Source of the DNA: Octopus bimaculoides
Taxonomy: Eukaryota
Assembly (NCBI RefSeq): GCF_001194135.2
Contig: NC_068981.1
Span: 79,785,941-79,849,940 of the forward strand
Direction: 5' to 3'
Length of the DNA: 64,000 nucleotides
A program made the position numbers and the translations under genes. The notes under the pieces were generated by a model that had not been told where the DNA came from, did not search any database, and was given only the letters and a program-made list of their open reading frames with translations. This document shows, piece by piece, positions 1 through 12,751 of the stretch; position 1 is the first letter of the stretch, and the number at the start of each line of letters is the position of its first letter.

Positions 1-149
1 AAAGGGAAAAAAATTAAGCATATCATAATCTGTTTAAACTTTTATTTGTGAAATAACACAATCAAAAATGTAGAACTACAAAAATTTTTAACTGCAAACA
101 AATTTTATTTTTAGCAAAATTTCAAATTTTCAGTTTTGAGTTCCTCCTC

Positions 150-372
150 CTCCATCATTATTATCATTGTAACATCCACTTTACCATGCTCGTATGGGTT
201 GGATGGAATTTCTTAAAGCAGATTCTATTTTCTCTAGTTGGATAACTTCCCTGTTATCAACCCTCACCAAACCAAGTAATATTTTCAAATGATCAGACAT
301 ATTTTCATGAGAGATTAGAAAAGTACTGAGGTCAACATGCCTGTGTGGTGAAGAAGTTTGTTTCACAATCAT
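150..372 (-). mobile_element. Old RTE-LINE 3' tail fragment
   Basis: (cat)n-like tail followed by ccatgct..atgggttggatgg, a decayed version of the young RTE tail elsewhere in the window. Confidence 0.5.
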
Positions 373-1059
373 TTGGCATTAGTGACAAGTGTCTTCTATT
401 GTCTAAGGTTAATAAATACCTTGTGAGTGAATTTGTTTGATGAAATTGTGGAACCATCAGATATCTATCTAACTGTCTGTCTGTAAAAATAAAAGAATAC
501 ACACACACACAAATGTATCTGTGCGTTTGTTAAGTTTCTCAGATACTTATTCAGTTGCATAAAGCATGTAGAAAACCAAAGTCTGAGTCAATCTAAATAG
601 ACACACATATTCATTTCAAGCACAAGTATATATATTTTACTGCATTTTGCCATAAAACGGCACACATTTGTAATGGTGGGTACACACACATGCTCAGATG
701 GAATTATTTCCATCATTGCAGAACCTCACTGGCTGAGGTTCCTGAAGTTATTCTACCCCTGAGAAAACTCTGCATGCTAATGGAATATCCTACCCATTAC
801 ACAGTGCACTCGCTGCTCACAACAGTGAACTGTATTTTATCCAACTCATCTATTTGTAATTAGATGAGCTAGGCTAGCAGTGACTGTCACAAACATAATA
901 TAGCTGTGCTAGTAATGGTCAGTTAGTCAGCAAACTAACATCTAAACCTAGCTGTCATTACCAATTAATTACTATAATTGAGCAAGTAATTTAAATTGTT
1001 CTTTAGTTTCGCTTGCCAATGTAAATTTGTGTTCATATAGCTTCATAGGTACACACATA

Positions 1060-1455
1060 TACAACAGGCTTCTTTTAGTTTCCATCTGCTAAATCTACTC
1101 ACAAGGCCTTGGTAAAAGGCACTTGCTCAAGGTGCCATACAGTGAGATTGAACCTGGAACCATGAGGTTGGGAAGCAAACTTCTGATTTCTTTATTGCCT
1201 ACAAGGGGCTAAACATAGAGGGAACAAACAAGGACAAACGGATTAAGTCGATTATATCAACCCCAGTGCGTAACTGGTACTTAATTTATCGACCCCGAAA
1301 GGATGAAAGGCAAAGTCGACCTCGGTGGAATTTGAACTCAGAATGTAAAGGCAGACGAAATACCACTAAGCATTTCACCCGGCGTGCTAACGTTTCTGCC
1401 AGCTCACCGCCTTAGCGAACTTCTTACCAGACAACCACACCTGCACCTATAAAAG
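1060..1455 (-). mobile_element. tRNA-derived SINE family B, split by a SINE A insertion
   Basis: Matches other family B copies (gacacttgcccaaggtgcc...gggaagcaaacttctta); continuity resumes after 1414. Confidence 0.8.
1185..1413 (-). mobile_element. tRNA-derived SINE family A, young copy with an 11-bp TSD
   Basis: Minus-strand head ggcggtgagctggcagaaacgttagc and B-box-like gagttcaaattcc; TSD agc(a/g)aacttct at 1174-1184 and 1414-1424. Confidence 0.88.
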
Positions 1456-1900
1456 TAAATAAGTCTCAGTGAAACCTCAGTTTTTGAATAATCTAAATGA
1501 TCAGGTCATAATAATGTTTTTAGTGACATAGCAGTAATTTCTATGACAACCCGTTGTGTTAAATGTCTCTGTTTTCTGATAACAGAATAAGAAGTTAAAT
1601 GTCACAAATGCTTCTTTCAAATCAACTCATGTTTTTCTGGGTTTTTTTCTTTTTTTACTGTTTAATCAGAGGGAGAGGGGCAATGTTGATAACCTTTTGC
1701 AATACTACCATGACTGGTGATAGTTATCCTCAAACCAGAGAACTGGACTAGATGCTTGCAACAGGGTGGACTCTGCTAAAGGTACTCAAAGACCAGGTGG
1801 TGGTGTTAAATTGAAAGGCAGGTTAGGTCTATGACCATTTATATTGTTTGGTGTATTTATATGACAACTAATCTGTTTTCATTATTATTTGTCTGTCTCA

Positions 1901-2930
1901 GACAATGAGCTGGCAGAAATGTTAGCATATCACACAACATACTTAGTGGCATTTCCTCTACCTGTTTTCAAATTCTGCCCAGGTTGACTTTACCTTTCAT
2001 TCTCTTGGGGGTCAATAAAATAAGTACTAGGTCGATGTAATTGACTTCCCTCTCCTCTCAAAAACTGCTGGCCTTGTGCCATAATTTGAAACCATTATTA
2101 TTTGTCTGTCATAGGTGGTGAGCTGGCAGAATTGTTAGCATGTCAAACAAAATGCTTAGTGGCATATCTTCTAGCTTTTTACACTCTGGGTTCAAATTCC
2201 ACCCAGGTTTCGTTTTTTGGTGGTTGATAAAATAAGTGCCAGCAGAGCACTGAGGTTGATGTGATCAACTAGCCCCTTCAACCCAAACATTTCAGGCCTT
2301 ATGCCTATAGTAGAAAGGATCATTATGTCTAAAGTAGCAAACTGGCAGAATTGTTAATGTATCAGACAAAATGCATGGCAGAATTTCTTCTGGCTCTTCG
2401 TGTTCTGAGCTCAAAATCCTACTGAACTTAATTTTGCCTTTCACCCTTTTGGGGAGCAATAGAATAAAGTGCTGGGTTGATGTAATAAACTCGCTCCCTT
2501 CTCTCAACTAGCAGGCCTTCTGCTAAAACTAGAAAGAATTCTTACTTGTCTGTTTAAAGCAGTGAGCTGGCTGAACTGTTAGCATGCTGGGAAAAATGCT
2601 TAGCAGCATTTTGTCCGTCTTTATGTCCTGTGTTCAAATTCCACTGAGGTCAACAATACCAGTGAAATACTGGGTCAATGGAATCGACTAACACCTCCCC
2701 ACAAAACTGCTAGACTTGTGCTAAAGTCAGAAACTACTCTTCCTTGTCTGTCTAAAGTGGCAAGCTGGCAGAATTACTAGAATGACAGGGAAAATACTTT
2801 GTGAGAATTGTTTTGGCTCTTTTTAGTCTGAGTTCAAATCCTGGCGAAGTTAATTTTGTATTTCATCTTTCCAAGGTCTATTATATCAACTAACTGCTTT
2901 TCTTTAGAAACTGATAGTCTTGTGCTGAAA
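1901..2930 (+). mobile_element. Five head-to-tail diverged SINE A copies (about 210-bp period)
   Basis: gagctggcagaa...gttcaaat heads start at about 1901, 2113, 2330, 2556 and 2753. Confidence 0.85.
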
Positions 2931-3254
2931 TTACAAACAATGTTCTACAGAGGAGGGGGAAGATTATAACTTCCAAACATCTTTGGAAGCCTGTCACACC
3001 TAGGGATGTAGATATCTAGATTAGGTTAGAGTAGTTGATGTTCAATGTTAACTGTTAGGGGTTAGTGAGGACTGAGAAATGGGGGTGGGTTTCGAACAGA
3101 CAATTGAAGTGTTAAGGGAGGAGAATTTGTTCTCTTCTTTTCAGATATTATTCAGAGCAGTCTTATTTTCCCTTCTTTCCCTCATTTCATTCATTGGACT
3201 GCAGCCATGCTGTCTTGATTTTTTTCAAGTGGGATCACTTGAAAAAAAAAAAAA

Positions 3255-3500
3255 ATTGGAACATTTATTTTTAAGTTTGGTACTTACTCTGTTGGCCTCT
3301 CTTGCTGAACCACTAAGTTCTGGGGGTGTAGACAAACCAACACCAGTTGTCAAGCAGTGGTGGGAGAAGGACAAACACAGAGACATACACATGATGGGAT
3401 TCTACACTGTTTCTGTCTACCAAAGAAGGTGCCATGTAGTGAGACTGAATCTAAAACTATGTAATTGCAAAGCAAACTTCTTAAGCACACAACCACACCT
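3255..3500 (-). mobile_element. SINE family B, degenerate
   Basis: Shares aaaccaacaccagttgtcaagcagtgg and the tRNA-like head on the minus strand. Confidence 0.7.
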
Positions 3501-6080
3501 AAGAATTATGACAGGATGTTTTTAGTTTTACTGCTAATATCAAATTTGTCTTTGTTCAACACTGGTTCTCAACCAGGGCCCATATGAATGATAAATGGAA
3601 AGACAAGAACAACAAATTCTCTTCTCTTGACGCTTCAGTTGCCCATTAAACCCTACCTCCTTCCCACTGCTCACTCAACCCTAACAGTTAACATTGAACA
3701 TTAACTACTCCAGCCTATTCTAAATATCTATATACCCAGGTGTGAAAAGCTCTCAAAAGACATTGGTCAATCTGAGGCCAGTGTGGAAGACAATTCTCCA
3801 ATGTGTCATGCAGTAGGGTTGAACCTGGAAACACATGACTGCAAAGCTAACTTCTTAACCATACAAATAGATTATGTATAGAGAGAAGACCAGCAGGAAA
3901 AAGAAAATATAAAAGTAATCCATCTCTAGGCAATCAGTACATTAGTTGTAGTAAAAAGAGCATTCTGATCTCATATCATGCTTTTGTTAATTGTTTTAGG
4001 CATCTAAGTAGTTGTTAGCAGATACAGACACTTTCTCAGTCTTTCCACACATTGATCCAGGGGAATATGAAAGATGTGACAGCCAGAAAGATAAAGTGTT
4101 TCACTATCACACCAGCTGAGTTGAATAGAGTAACATAAAGTGAAGTGCATTTCTCAAGGACACTGCCAGGTCCTGGAATTGAACCCATCAGATTATGATT
4201 ATGAACCCAACATACTTGCCACTAGGACACTCAAAAGATAGTTAATAAAGAGTGAAACTAAACAAACCAGAAATTGTTTTCAATAAATCTACATTTAAAC
4301 CCATCCATCAAAATTTCATGTGAATTTGTTTTAAAGAGCCAGCTTAAGAACAACAAACTTATTTCACTAATTTAGTGAAGCAAAGAGAGTAGATTTCAAC
4401 AAAAATGTGGTAAACATACTTTTTCTCTCATCAATCTTAAGAGAATACTGTTTGTCTATAAATCCAAACTACAACTGGAGAGAAAATAGTTTAAAAATGA
4501 TTCTAAAGACAAGGCTACTTCAGACCTGATGTGTAAAATTTAGTTCATTGTAAATTAAGTAGAATAGTAAATCAATTCAGAGTTAAACCCAGCAAAATGA
4601 ATCTGTGTTGAGCTGCCAATCCACCTTAATAAAACGTGAAATTGCAATTGTCTCACATAAGTCCACTTTGTTCATCACTCTTACAGTTACCACTAGAGAT
4701 TTTAACAATATATGGACAGAGTGGATGCTACAATAAATATTGCTCTCACTGTGACCATTGCAATACCATTTCACATAAGTACATCCAACAACTGAGGGCC
4801 ACTAATGTGATCCCCTAAATTTCTTCTTCAAGCAACCACAACCAAGATGTATCTCACAATGCTGCACCAGGAACCGGTAGTAAGACAGGAAAGATCTATT
4901 TTGTAGCTGTGGCATAGTTCAGCTGTTCTGTGAAAGATTCCAGCCAATCAGAGCAGGAGACATATGAATATAACGGCAATGATCTGCCTTAGCTGAAGGA
5001 ACTCACTACAGCAGCGAAGTGACAGTTTCTTACTAGTTGTGGATTTGATGGCATAGAAGCAACATCACTTTCTTCGATATGACACATTTTCTATGACCAC
5101 CACCAACTACATGCAGCACATTTTATTAATATCAACTTCCACTTTGCTTCATATAAACCTCAGTGTATATACTAAGTTATGCGATTTTTTCCTGTCTCGA
5201 ATATGCATATATTTGGTTCTCATTCCTATGCAAGATTAATCCTTGTTACCACTTGCTGGCACTCATTACACTACTGAATAAATTTCAATGTTTTTGTTTT
5301 ATAAACTTCTGAATATTCTTTATTTATGCCTCTTTAAGAAACCACTGGAAATGGATTCTTTCTATGAACTGCCTTTAAAAAAATGCTAACTACACACATT
5401 ATGTTACAACTCGAACAGGTTACACATAGGAGACAATTCTTCCAACTTACATTATTGACTCACATGTAACAAACATTTGTGTTCCATAGTTTTGGTAGGT
5501 TCCCAATTTCATGTTATGCAACTCTGCCAATAACAAATGTAGTTGAATGGTCTTCATCCTCTATATCTTCGAAGTACATCATATAGGATGTGATGTTCAA
5601 TACAACAGCAGTGGCAGGCAAAGCCTATCCTTTGTCAAGTAACAGTAGCAGAGATGGGTGGAGTGTATCTATAAATCCCTTTAATCTTATACTCATGTCA
5701 TGAGATGGTTAGCCTGGGGTATATATCATCCAGATACAACTGATTAGAGCTACATAGTAACAACACAACCAGTGCAGTTATACAGATTTATTACAAAGAT
5801 TTATGATGTGTAATATATTACAAAATAATTTGACTAGTTTGCAACAAAAATAAAAGGAAAGAAAGATCTTTGGTAATGTTTTATAAACAAATACATATAA
5901 AACAATGTCACAGTTGAATGTTATTCATGTTTGACACATACCCAGTTTACAGTCAAGCAACAATAAACATAGTAACTCCATTTTATGAAACACATAGTTT
6001 TAGAGGTAAATAAAGTCAACAAAACACTGAGCATGGAGTTACATAATACAATGTTTACCTACATATGCACATTATACATT

Positions 6081-6098
6081 TGTGTGTGTGTGTGTGTG

Positions 6099-6163
<65 letters not shown>

Positions 6164-6170
6164 TGTATGT
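6081..6170. repeat. Compound microsatellite (TG)n(TA)n(TATG)n
   Basis: Direct reading. Confidence 0.95.
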
Positions 6171-6348
6171 ATAATTACAATTATGGGTTTAGCAAAAATT
6201 TTTGCTGAACCCTTAATTGTAATTATGTTTATAATTATAAAACTTTTGGATAAGTTTACCGGTAATGGTTTTTTAACATACTGAACTACTTCGTTCAATT
6301 ATCAATTTATTAATTAATTATTAATTTTTACCCTATATCTGCAAAGAT

Positions 6349-6351
<3 letters not shown>

Positions 6352-6409
<58 letters not shown>

Positions 6410-6490
6410 CACATGCACACACACACATATATGTAATACATACAAACAAACATATAATACATAAACACACACACACACACACACACATGT
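6352..6490. repeat. (TA)n followed by (CA)n-rich tract
   Basis: Direct reading. Confidence 0.9.
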
Positions 6491-6816
6491 ATATGCCAAA
6501 AATGTTTTCAAAGAAACTCATGAACCAGAAACAGTAAAGGAAAAACAATGAACAAAGAAAATATCTTCAACATTAATTGTAGATCATTGATTGAATTTCC
6601 AGTTGCTAAGGTTACAAACATCATCAACCAAAGGATGACCCAAACAGTGTATTGCAACGATGTGGTATGTGGAATCCAGATGTGCTAATAAAAGGAGATC
6701 CCTTAGAGTTATATGTTAGGCTGGCTGAAGGTTAATTTGAGTGGCTAGAAGTAATTTTTATTACATTTAGGACATTTAAAATGATTCTCTTCATCTCCTG
6801 TTTGCTGGGAGTACAA

Positions 6817-6910
6817 TCATCATCATCGTTTAACATCTACTTTCCATGCTAGCATGGGTTGGACGATTTGATTGAGGACTGGTGAAACCGGATGGCAACA
6901 CCAGGCTCCA
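6817..6910 (-). mobile_element. Young RTE 3' tail, heavily 5'-truncated
   Basis: catcatcatcgtttaac...ggcaacaccaggctcca, near-identical to the 27291 copy. Confidence 0.85.
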
Positions 6911-8529
6911 ATATCCTTAATAATTTTAAGGCATTTTCAAATTTTTCTACACAAACTGTATGCATAGTGAACATTTAGTATCACGGATTTATGATTTGCT
7001 CTATCACTTGTTTCCTTAGCAACAAAATTACAACGTGGATTATGTTGTTGGATGGTTAATTATAATTTAGCTAAATTTGAGATTTTGCATCTTTAGAAGA
7101 GTGTGGGTCATTAATCTTCACTACGAGAGCACACAAACACATACAGTAACACATAAGTATGGTAACCAGTGTAGCAGTAGAAATTTCTTGGTAAGAAGTG
7201 TTTGTTTGCATTGTAGTTTTGATTCCTAATTACAATTCTTTCACTTCATACACATCACTAATATCTTTGTGTGAAAGGCAAGAATGTTGTTATTAACTTC
7301 CTTTAAATTCAACCTCTCGTCTTTATAATTGTTTTTTCAGCCATTCTTCTCTACCAAGTGATCCCTTTGTTAGCTTGTCATCTACTTGGATCTCCAGCTT
7401 ATTTGCTAATACAGGTCTTATGACTCCTTTTCAGTGTATGTCTATAAGAACTGAAGTGTTTGCATTAACTAACAACAGAGAGTCCCTCTTGGTTATGCAA
7501 ATAAGTAAGTTATTATATTATGGAGTGTCCACAATATGATATTAAAATTAATTTTCATTAATGCTCCTTAAAACCAAAATGTCAATGAAAAGAATAAACA
7601 GCCAAAAAGGTTTGGTTAAACATTATAATAACTTCATGGAATAATGTGCAACATTAACAGGGAATGTCAACAGTTGAAATTAAAATAACTGAAAGAAAAA
7701 TACAAAAAGGGAAACATTCTATAATGAAAAACCTAATTAACACTGAACATAATTACCTAAAATTTATGCATGTGGTACTAATAAATGTTTCACTTTAAAT
7801 AAATAATTCAACTAAAGATCTGTTTTGAAATTCAAAATCATCAACCAAAAGTAGTATCTTTATTTTACACACATAATGTCCCATATTAGCATAGATTTGG
7901 ATTGTTTTGTAAAACCAGCAACCAACTTACACTATGACTAGATGTATTTTTTAATGTTAATTATTCAATTACAAAATAGGAGTGGTTAATGATTATCATT
8001 TTCACACACTCAAACACACACACTCCCCCCCCCCCCACAAAGCTGATGATTCACTATATCACTACTCTCAGTTTCCTCATTTGTATGCCCCAAAAGGAAT
8101 GCACACAAACAAGAAACCCAGCATAATGATAGAATGAATCACCTGTTTTGAATGAATGAATGAAATCTATGTGGATTGAATACTTTTGCTCTTGTTTGTA
8201 CATCAAAATGTACATAACTTCTCTAAATTATTCTCAAGTACAAATCATCACTGTCTTAAATATTATGGTAGAGATTATGTATTTACAGTATGTATTTACA
8301 ATGTTTTATTCTTTTGGAAGCCCCTGTAAGGATCATTTTAGAGTTAGAAATTTTTTACTATATATGGAAAATAAATGTCACTCAGTGTTAGAAGATACAA
8401 GATATGAGTGTTTCTTCAATACAAGTAATCTATAGTTGCCTTGCAGAAACAGTTAAGTGACATCAAATATATCTAGGAATAAATTAGGAAAGATTATCAA
8501 AACAATTTGTAAAATAAATAGGACTTAAT

Positions 8530-8557
8530 TTTATTTTAGAAATGTTTCAAATTTATT
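8530..8557 (-). terminator. Two candidate AATAAA polyadenylation signals about 500 nt after the SOAT stop
   Basis: Plus-strand tttatt at 8530-8535 and 8552-8557 (more at 8305 and 7859). The hexamer is common by chance in AT-rich DNA. Confidence 0.3.
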
Positions 8558-9056
8558 CATAAAGAGTTGTGTACCTAACTCTTTATATTTCCAACTTAAA
8601 GCCAATAAGTTATACAAACTGATGAAATTAGTAAGCAACTGATAATGATAGAAGTATGGTTTCAGAAATGTCAAAATTATATCTAGCAACCAAAAATCTG
8701 ATCCCTAAGTCCCCCCCCTTTTTTTTTTTTTTTTAAATATAAAATTTTGATAATCTTGAAGAATTAAAAATAAGAATTGAACAAAACTTGAGTCTAAAAA
8801 AATCTGATTCTGTAAAACAAAATTTTGGAAAACTGAGTCGACTTCTCTCATGGAATGGTAAGTCATTAATTATTAGATTCCACTCAAGCCAACTAACAAG
8901 AAATTAACAAGTACTGAAGATTACCATAACATCTCAAGAGTTAACAGTTAGTATTTAGACTTCAAAGTCTAATTTTTAACAATATTTTCCTTTTTTTTTT
9001 TGAAGAGCAATCATGTTCAGAAAAGATGAAATTCAAGTCTGTAGTTTTTTCTCTCA

Positions 9057-9131
9057 TTAATCTGATTCATGCGGGATTCCAGAAAAATCACATGTCCATG
9101 AACGAGGGATGAGGTAGTCAAAAAAGTCATT
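9057..9131 (-). CDS. SOAT1: SOAT terminal coding exon N (75 nt): NDFFDYLIPRSWTCDFSGIPHESD*
   Basis: tttcag acceptor; F.DY..PRSWTC motif; TAA stop at 9059-9057. Confidence 0.95.
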   Translation of the reverse strand, partial: NDFFDYLIPRSWTCDFSGIPHESD

Positions 9132-9579
9132 CTGAAATATTCAAAGAAAAATTTTGAATGAAAGTTAAAATTTCATAAGTTTCTTCTTTTTTAGTACAAC
9201 TAATAACATTTATTTTTTTGCTATTCAATAAAACTGTTTATTGCAAAAATGGGGGAAAAAAATCCGAAACTTAATAATGATTTCTAACAGTTACAAAGCT
9301 TGAAATTTGGGATGAGGAGTTAATTTATTAAATTGAGCCTGCTATTTAACCACTACTTATTTTATCAACCCCAGAAAGATAGAAAGCAGAATGTGAGAAG
9401 ACAGAATAAATACCAAAAGGTATTTGCTTGGCATTCCAATAATTCTGCCAATCTTTACAAACAAACACGATAATGAAAATGATAAAGTACTGATAATTAC
9501 ATCCCCCATCCATAAACTTCAGGTATTTTTCAATACTCTAGTACTGAGTACTTCAAGTAAAAGCAATATTAATACTCAC

Positions 9580-9722
9580 GGTAGTTGCAGGACAGTTCTG
9601 ACGAGCATACCATTCCAAGCTATAGAGACACATAAGGAGACCATTGCCAATGAACAGAGCAACCCACATAAATACATTCCAACTACGGGAGACACCTTTA
9701 TCTGTTAGGAATACGAAACCAA
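9580..9722 (-). CDS. SOAT1: SOAT exon M (143 nt): GFVFLTDKGVSRSWNVFMWVALFIGNGLLMCLYSLEWYARQNCPATT
   Basis: Poly-T ccag acceptor, ACC|gtgagt donor; WNV.MW..LF.GNG and EWYARQ.CP motifs. Confidence 0.97.
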
Positions 9723-10599
9723 CTGGAAAAAAAAAAAAAAAAATGAATTCGATTTAAACTAAATAAGCCGAAATTTAGTATAGGCAATGGGATAACACAT
9801 TTATCAAAGTAACTGATAGTAATAGAATTTCAGGCATTACCAATGAAGACTTTCACTTTCAACAAACCATTTAATCTCATTTTATCTGTTTAAATTTAAC
9901 CCAATTCAGAGGATCTTCCAGAATTTGACTCATTAATGATAGATCTACAAATTGTCTATATCTTTCACTTATATGCACTCGCAGAAAGACTGCTTGGAGG
10001 GCGGTTTTCTGCTAGCCACTCGATAACATTTCCACAATTGATTCCAATTCTAATAATAGCGAAGTTATATAGCTATTATTAAATTATCATTAATGAAAAT
10101 AGAGGTGAGCAAGAATGAGAGACAGTCGCAAATAAAAATGTAAAATGTTGCCTGCAACGAATTAATAGTGTTTATTATTAAACATTAAAATCTACTCTGC
10201 AATGAATATTTAAATTTGCAAGAATTTGGAGTTTAAAAAAAATCCAGTAAACTTCAGAAATCGAAATTACAGGTAATTTCTTAGAACATGAATTTATAAA
10301 AACATTTCCAGACGGTCAAGCTTTTAATATTGCTTTCTTTTAGTACTTTCAGTAATTGTTACATACCTAATTAATAAGCAACTTTCTCTATTATAGTATA
10401 GACATCTATGCTAATGACACAATTTCCTTTCTTTTCAATCATAAGGATCCCTTATTTTCAACATTAATAACAAGACTACACATTCTCTATTACATTCTGC
10501 AATGGGATTCAATAATATAGAGATACTGTAAGCTTTTTACATTGCTTAAAAAGTTACGTTTACCCCATGCAGTTACTGACACAAATCCACTATCACAAA

Positions 10600-11190
10600 C
10601 TATCTCTATGCTTGTTTCAGAAGGAAAACGTGTTGACTTTATTATGCATATGAATCTCCTAGTAAAACTACCCACACATAGGCTTCTTTCATCTTTCACC
10701 TTCAGCATTAGTGGCTTTCTGTCAGATTCTATTATCATAGAGTGTGTTGATGGACCTCTCTCTAACCCACACTATCAACTCTTGCACACCTCAAGAATCA
10801 GTTTTACCCCCAATATTCTTTCTCCTTAACATTAATGACTTATTTATAGTCACTCCTGACCATGACCACTTCTACACAGATGGTACTACCTTTCATTCTT
10901 CTGTTATCTTCTGCACTCAAAAGTCATCCACATACAATCCACTACTCTTGCATCTGGGATGGTACACACACACACACTAAAATACTGTCCACCAACCATT
11001 AACTATTGCATCCAGTCCTTCCGCCACAGAATATAAGTGCTTTAGAATGTTTTTCCTGCCAGCTGTTGACTTACAACTGTTTGAGAATACTAACCCAGTT
11101 ACTCTTACAAGATCTCAAATGGCTTTTGAAAGCCATTTCTCTTGCCCTGCCACCTATTTTTTCTATTGGTCCTACAAAGTTGAATTAAAA
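10600..11190 (+). mobile_element. Degenerate non-LTR (CR1/L2/jockey-like) reverse transcriptase fragment
   Basis: PQESVLPPIFFLLNINDL...FYTDGTT resembles PQGSVLxPxLFxxxINDL...YADD; frameshifted. Confidence 0.7.
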
Positions 11191-11264
11191 ACTGAATTTA
11201 AAAGAAAATCATGATTATAAATGAAAAATAATAAAGAATGTTAATGCAAATGAAATCTACTTAC

Positions 11265-11400
11265 ATCCAGCTCCAGCAAACATGACAAACAACACCGGAT
11301 AAAAAAACCCAAAAGACACAACTAGAACATATTCATGAAAAACAGCTGATATTAGGAACACACTGGTTAAGCCAACATTTCTCATTTTGTAACCAAGAAT
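11265..11400 (-). CDS. SOAT1: SOAT exon L (136 nt): ILGYKMRNVGLTSVFLISAVFHEYVLVVSFGFFYPVLFVMFAGAG-F, with the catalytic His
   Basis: ttccag acceptor, T|gtaagt donor; SAVFHEY corresponds to human SAVVHEY (His460). Confidence 0.97.
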
Positions 11401-12751
11401 CTGGAAATATAACGTTCAGAGAAAACTTTTCTTTTAATCATACTTCAAGTTACAAAGCAAAATGACAATAGTAGAATTTAAATTCAATAATATATATTGA
11501 GGGTAGATTTCTCTTGTTTGATAATGAGGATTATAGTTGTTGAATCAATTAAATTACTTGCTCCTGAATTAATGTGTAGGTGGTCAAGCATTAATTATAT
11601 CTACTCTTAATATAATTCTCAAGCAGAATCAGCATAACACAGGGCGTGTACAAGGCTGTCCCTTTGGAATTACAAGGTGCAATCCACCTGATGCAAGCTC
11701 ATGGCTGTGAAACAAACACCTTAACTATTTGCCCATACTGAACCTACATGCACAAATACACACACTCACATACTGTTTTTTTTAAGATTGGTTATTGTTC
11801 CATATTTATATTACTCAAAATTTTGCATTAGTCTTTAGATGGCACAGAAACTGTGACATGTTCTGAAACTTAATGCAATAGAATGTAGATTAATTTGCTA
11901 AATGTACTGAATACTCATTACTTTGTTAGTAATACAAGTTTTCAAATATTACACTACAAAATGGTCGAAGATACCATGCAACCAAATTACACTTTGTTTT
12001 ATTCAACATGGTGAATTAGTGAGAACACATAAAAACTTAAATGGCAACATAAGGACTAATTCCATCAGTCTGATGAACCTGCTACTGATAACCAACCATG
12101 TAACCCAGTAATACCCGCTCACAGTTAAATGGACATGACTAAACCAACCCCTTACTGAATTACCTAGCAAACAGGATTTAAAACCAAGACCTATCATGGG
12201 GAGATGAGTTCCTCAAAACTATATCTTGGGGAGGAGACTGGCACCACCAAGAATAACAAATCCAATGAAACACTTGAATGAAGGTAACACCAATATTCGA
12301 TTGCACATTAGACTGCGTAAATTGAATGTATAAACAAAACCTTGACAGAAACAAGTGAAAATATTAGTAAAAGGAAAAATTGAGGTATTCCATTGACAGA
12401 TATACTGTGGGAATGACTTGACTTTTAATAGTAACATCATCAACAAGACTATATAAATGTTATTATCTCACTTTTGTATTCTAGTATTAAACAGTATTTT
12501 AGTTTGGGGATTGCAGAATGTTAATTTCATTGGTCTCATTTATTTATCATATTAAATAAAAAAAAAATAATGTATCTTACAATCTAAAGCAAGATCTGAA
12601 AGATTTTAAAGCTCAAATGTATAGCATATTTTTCTCTGTCAAAATGTAGACTGTGCAAAGAAAAGTAAGGCTGAAACTAACAAACTCAAACTATAAATAA
12701 AGCTAAAAACTTATATAAAACTGGAAAAAATGGAATACATGTAAAATGATA

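Noticed and set aside
797-833. Iron-responsive element at CAGTGC/CAGTGA
   Set aside because: The flanking 5-bp stem and C-bulge needed for an IRE are absent.
1185-1413. tRNA genes at SINE heads (all SINE A/B/C copies)
   Set aside because: They have A/B-box-like motifs but no complete cloverleaf, and each continues into a repeated SINE body.
3079-3525. 148-aa ORF and similar 60-110 aa ORFs across the window
   Set aside because: They translate SINE, microsatellite or antisense TE sequence (e.g. VEDTCPRCH, YIYIYI) and have no family motifs or splice support.
4583-4818. Cys/His-containing ORFs (KWYCNGH...) as a SOAT or other exon
   Set aside because: The true EWYARQNCP exon is at 9580-9722. 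There is no splice or homology support here.
8025-8036. G12 run (minus strand) as a 3' UTR G-quadruplex
   Set aside because: Too short for a canonical three-tier quadruplex; homopolymer runs are common here.
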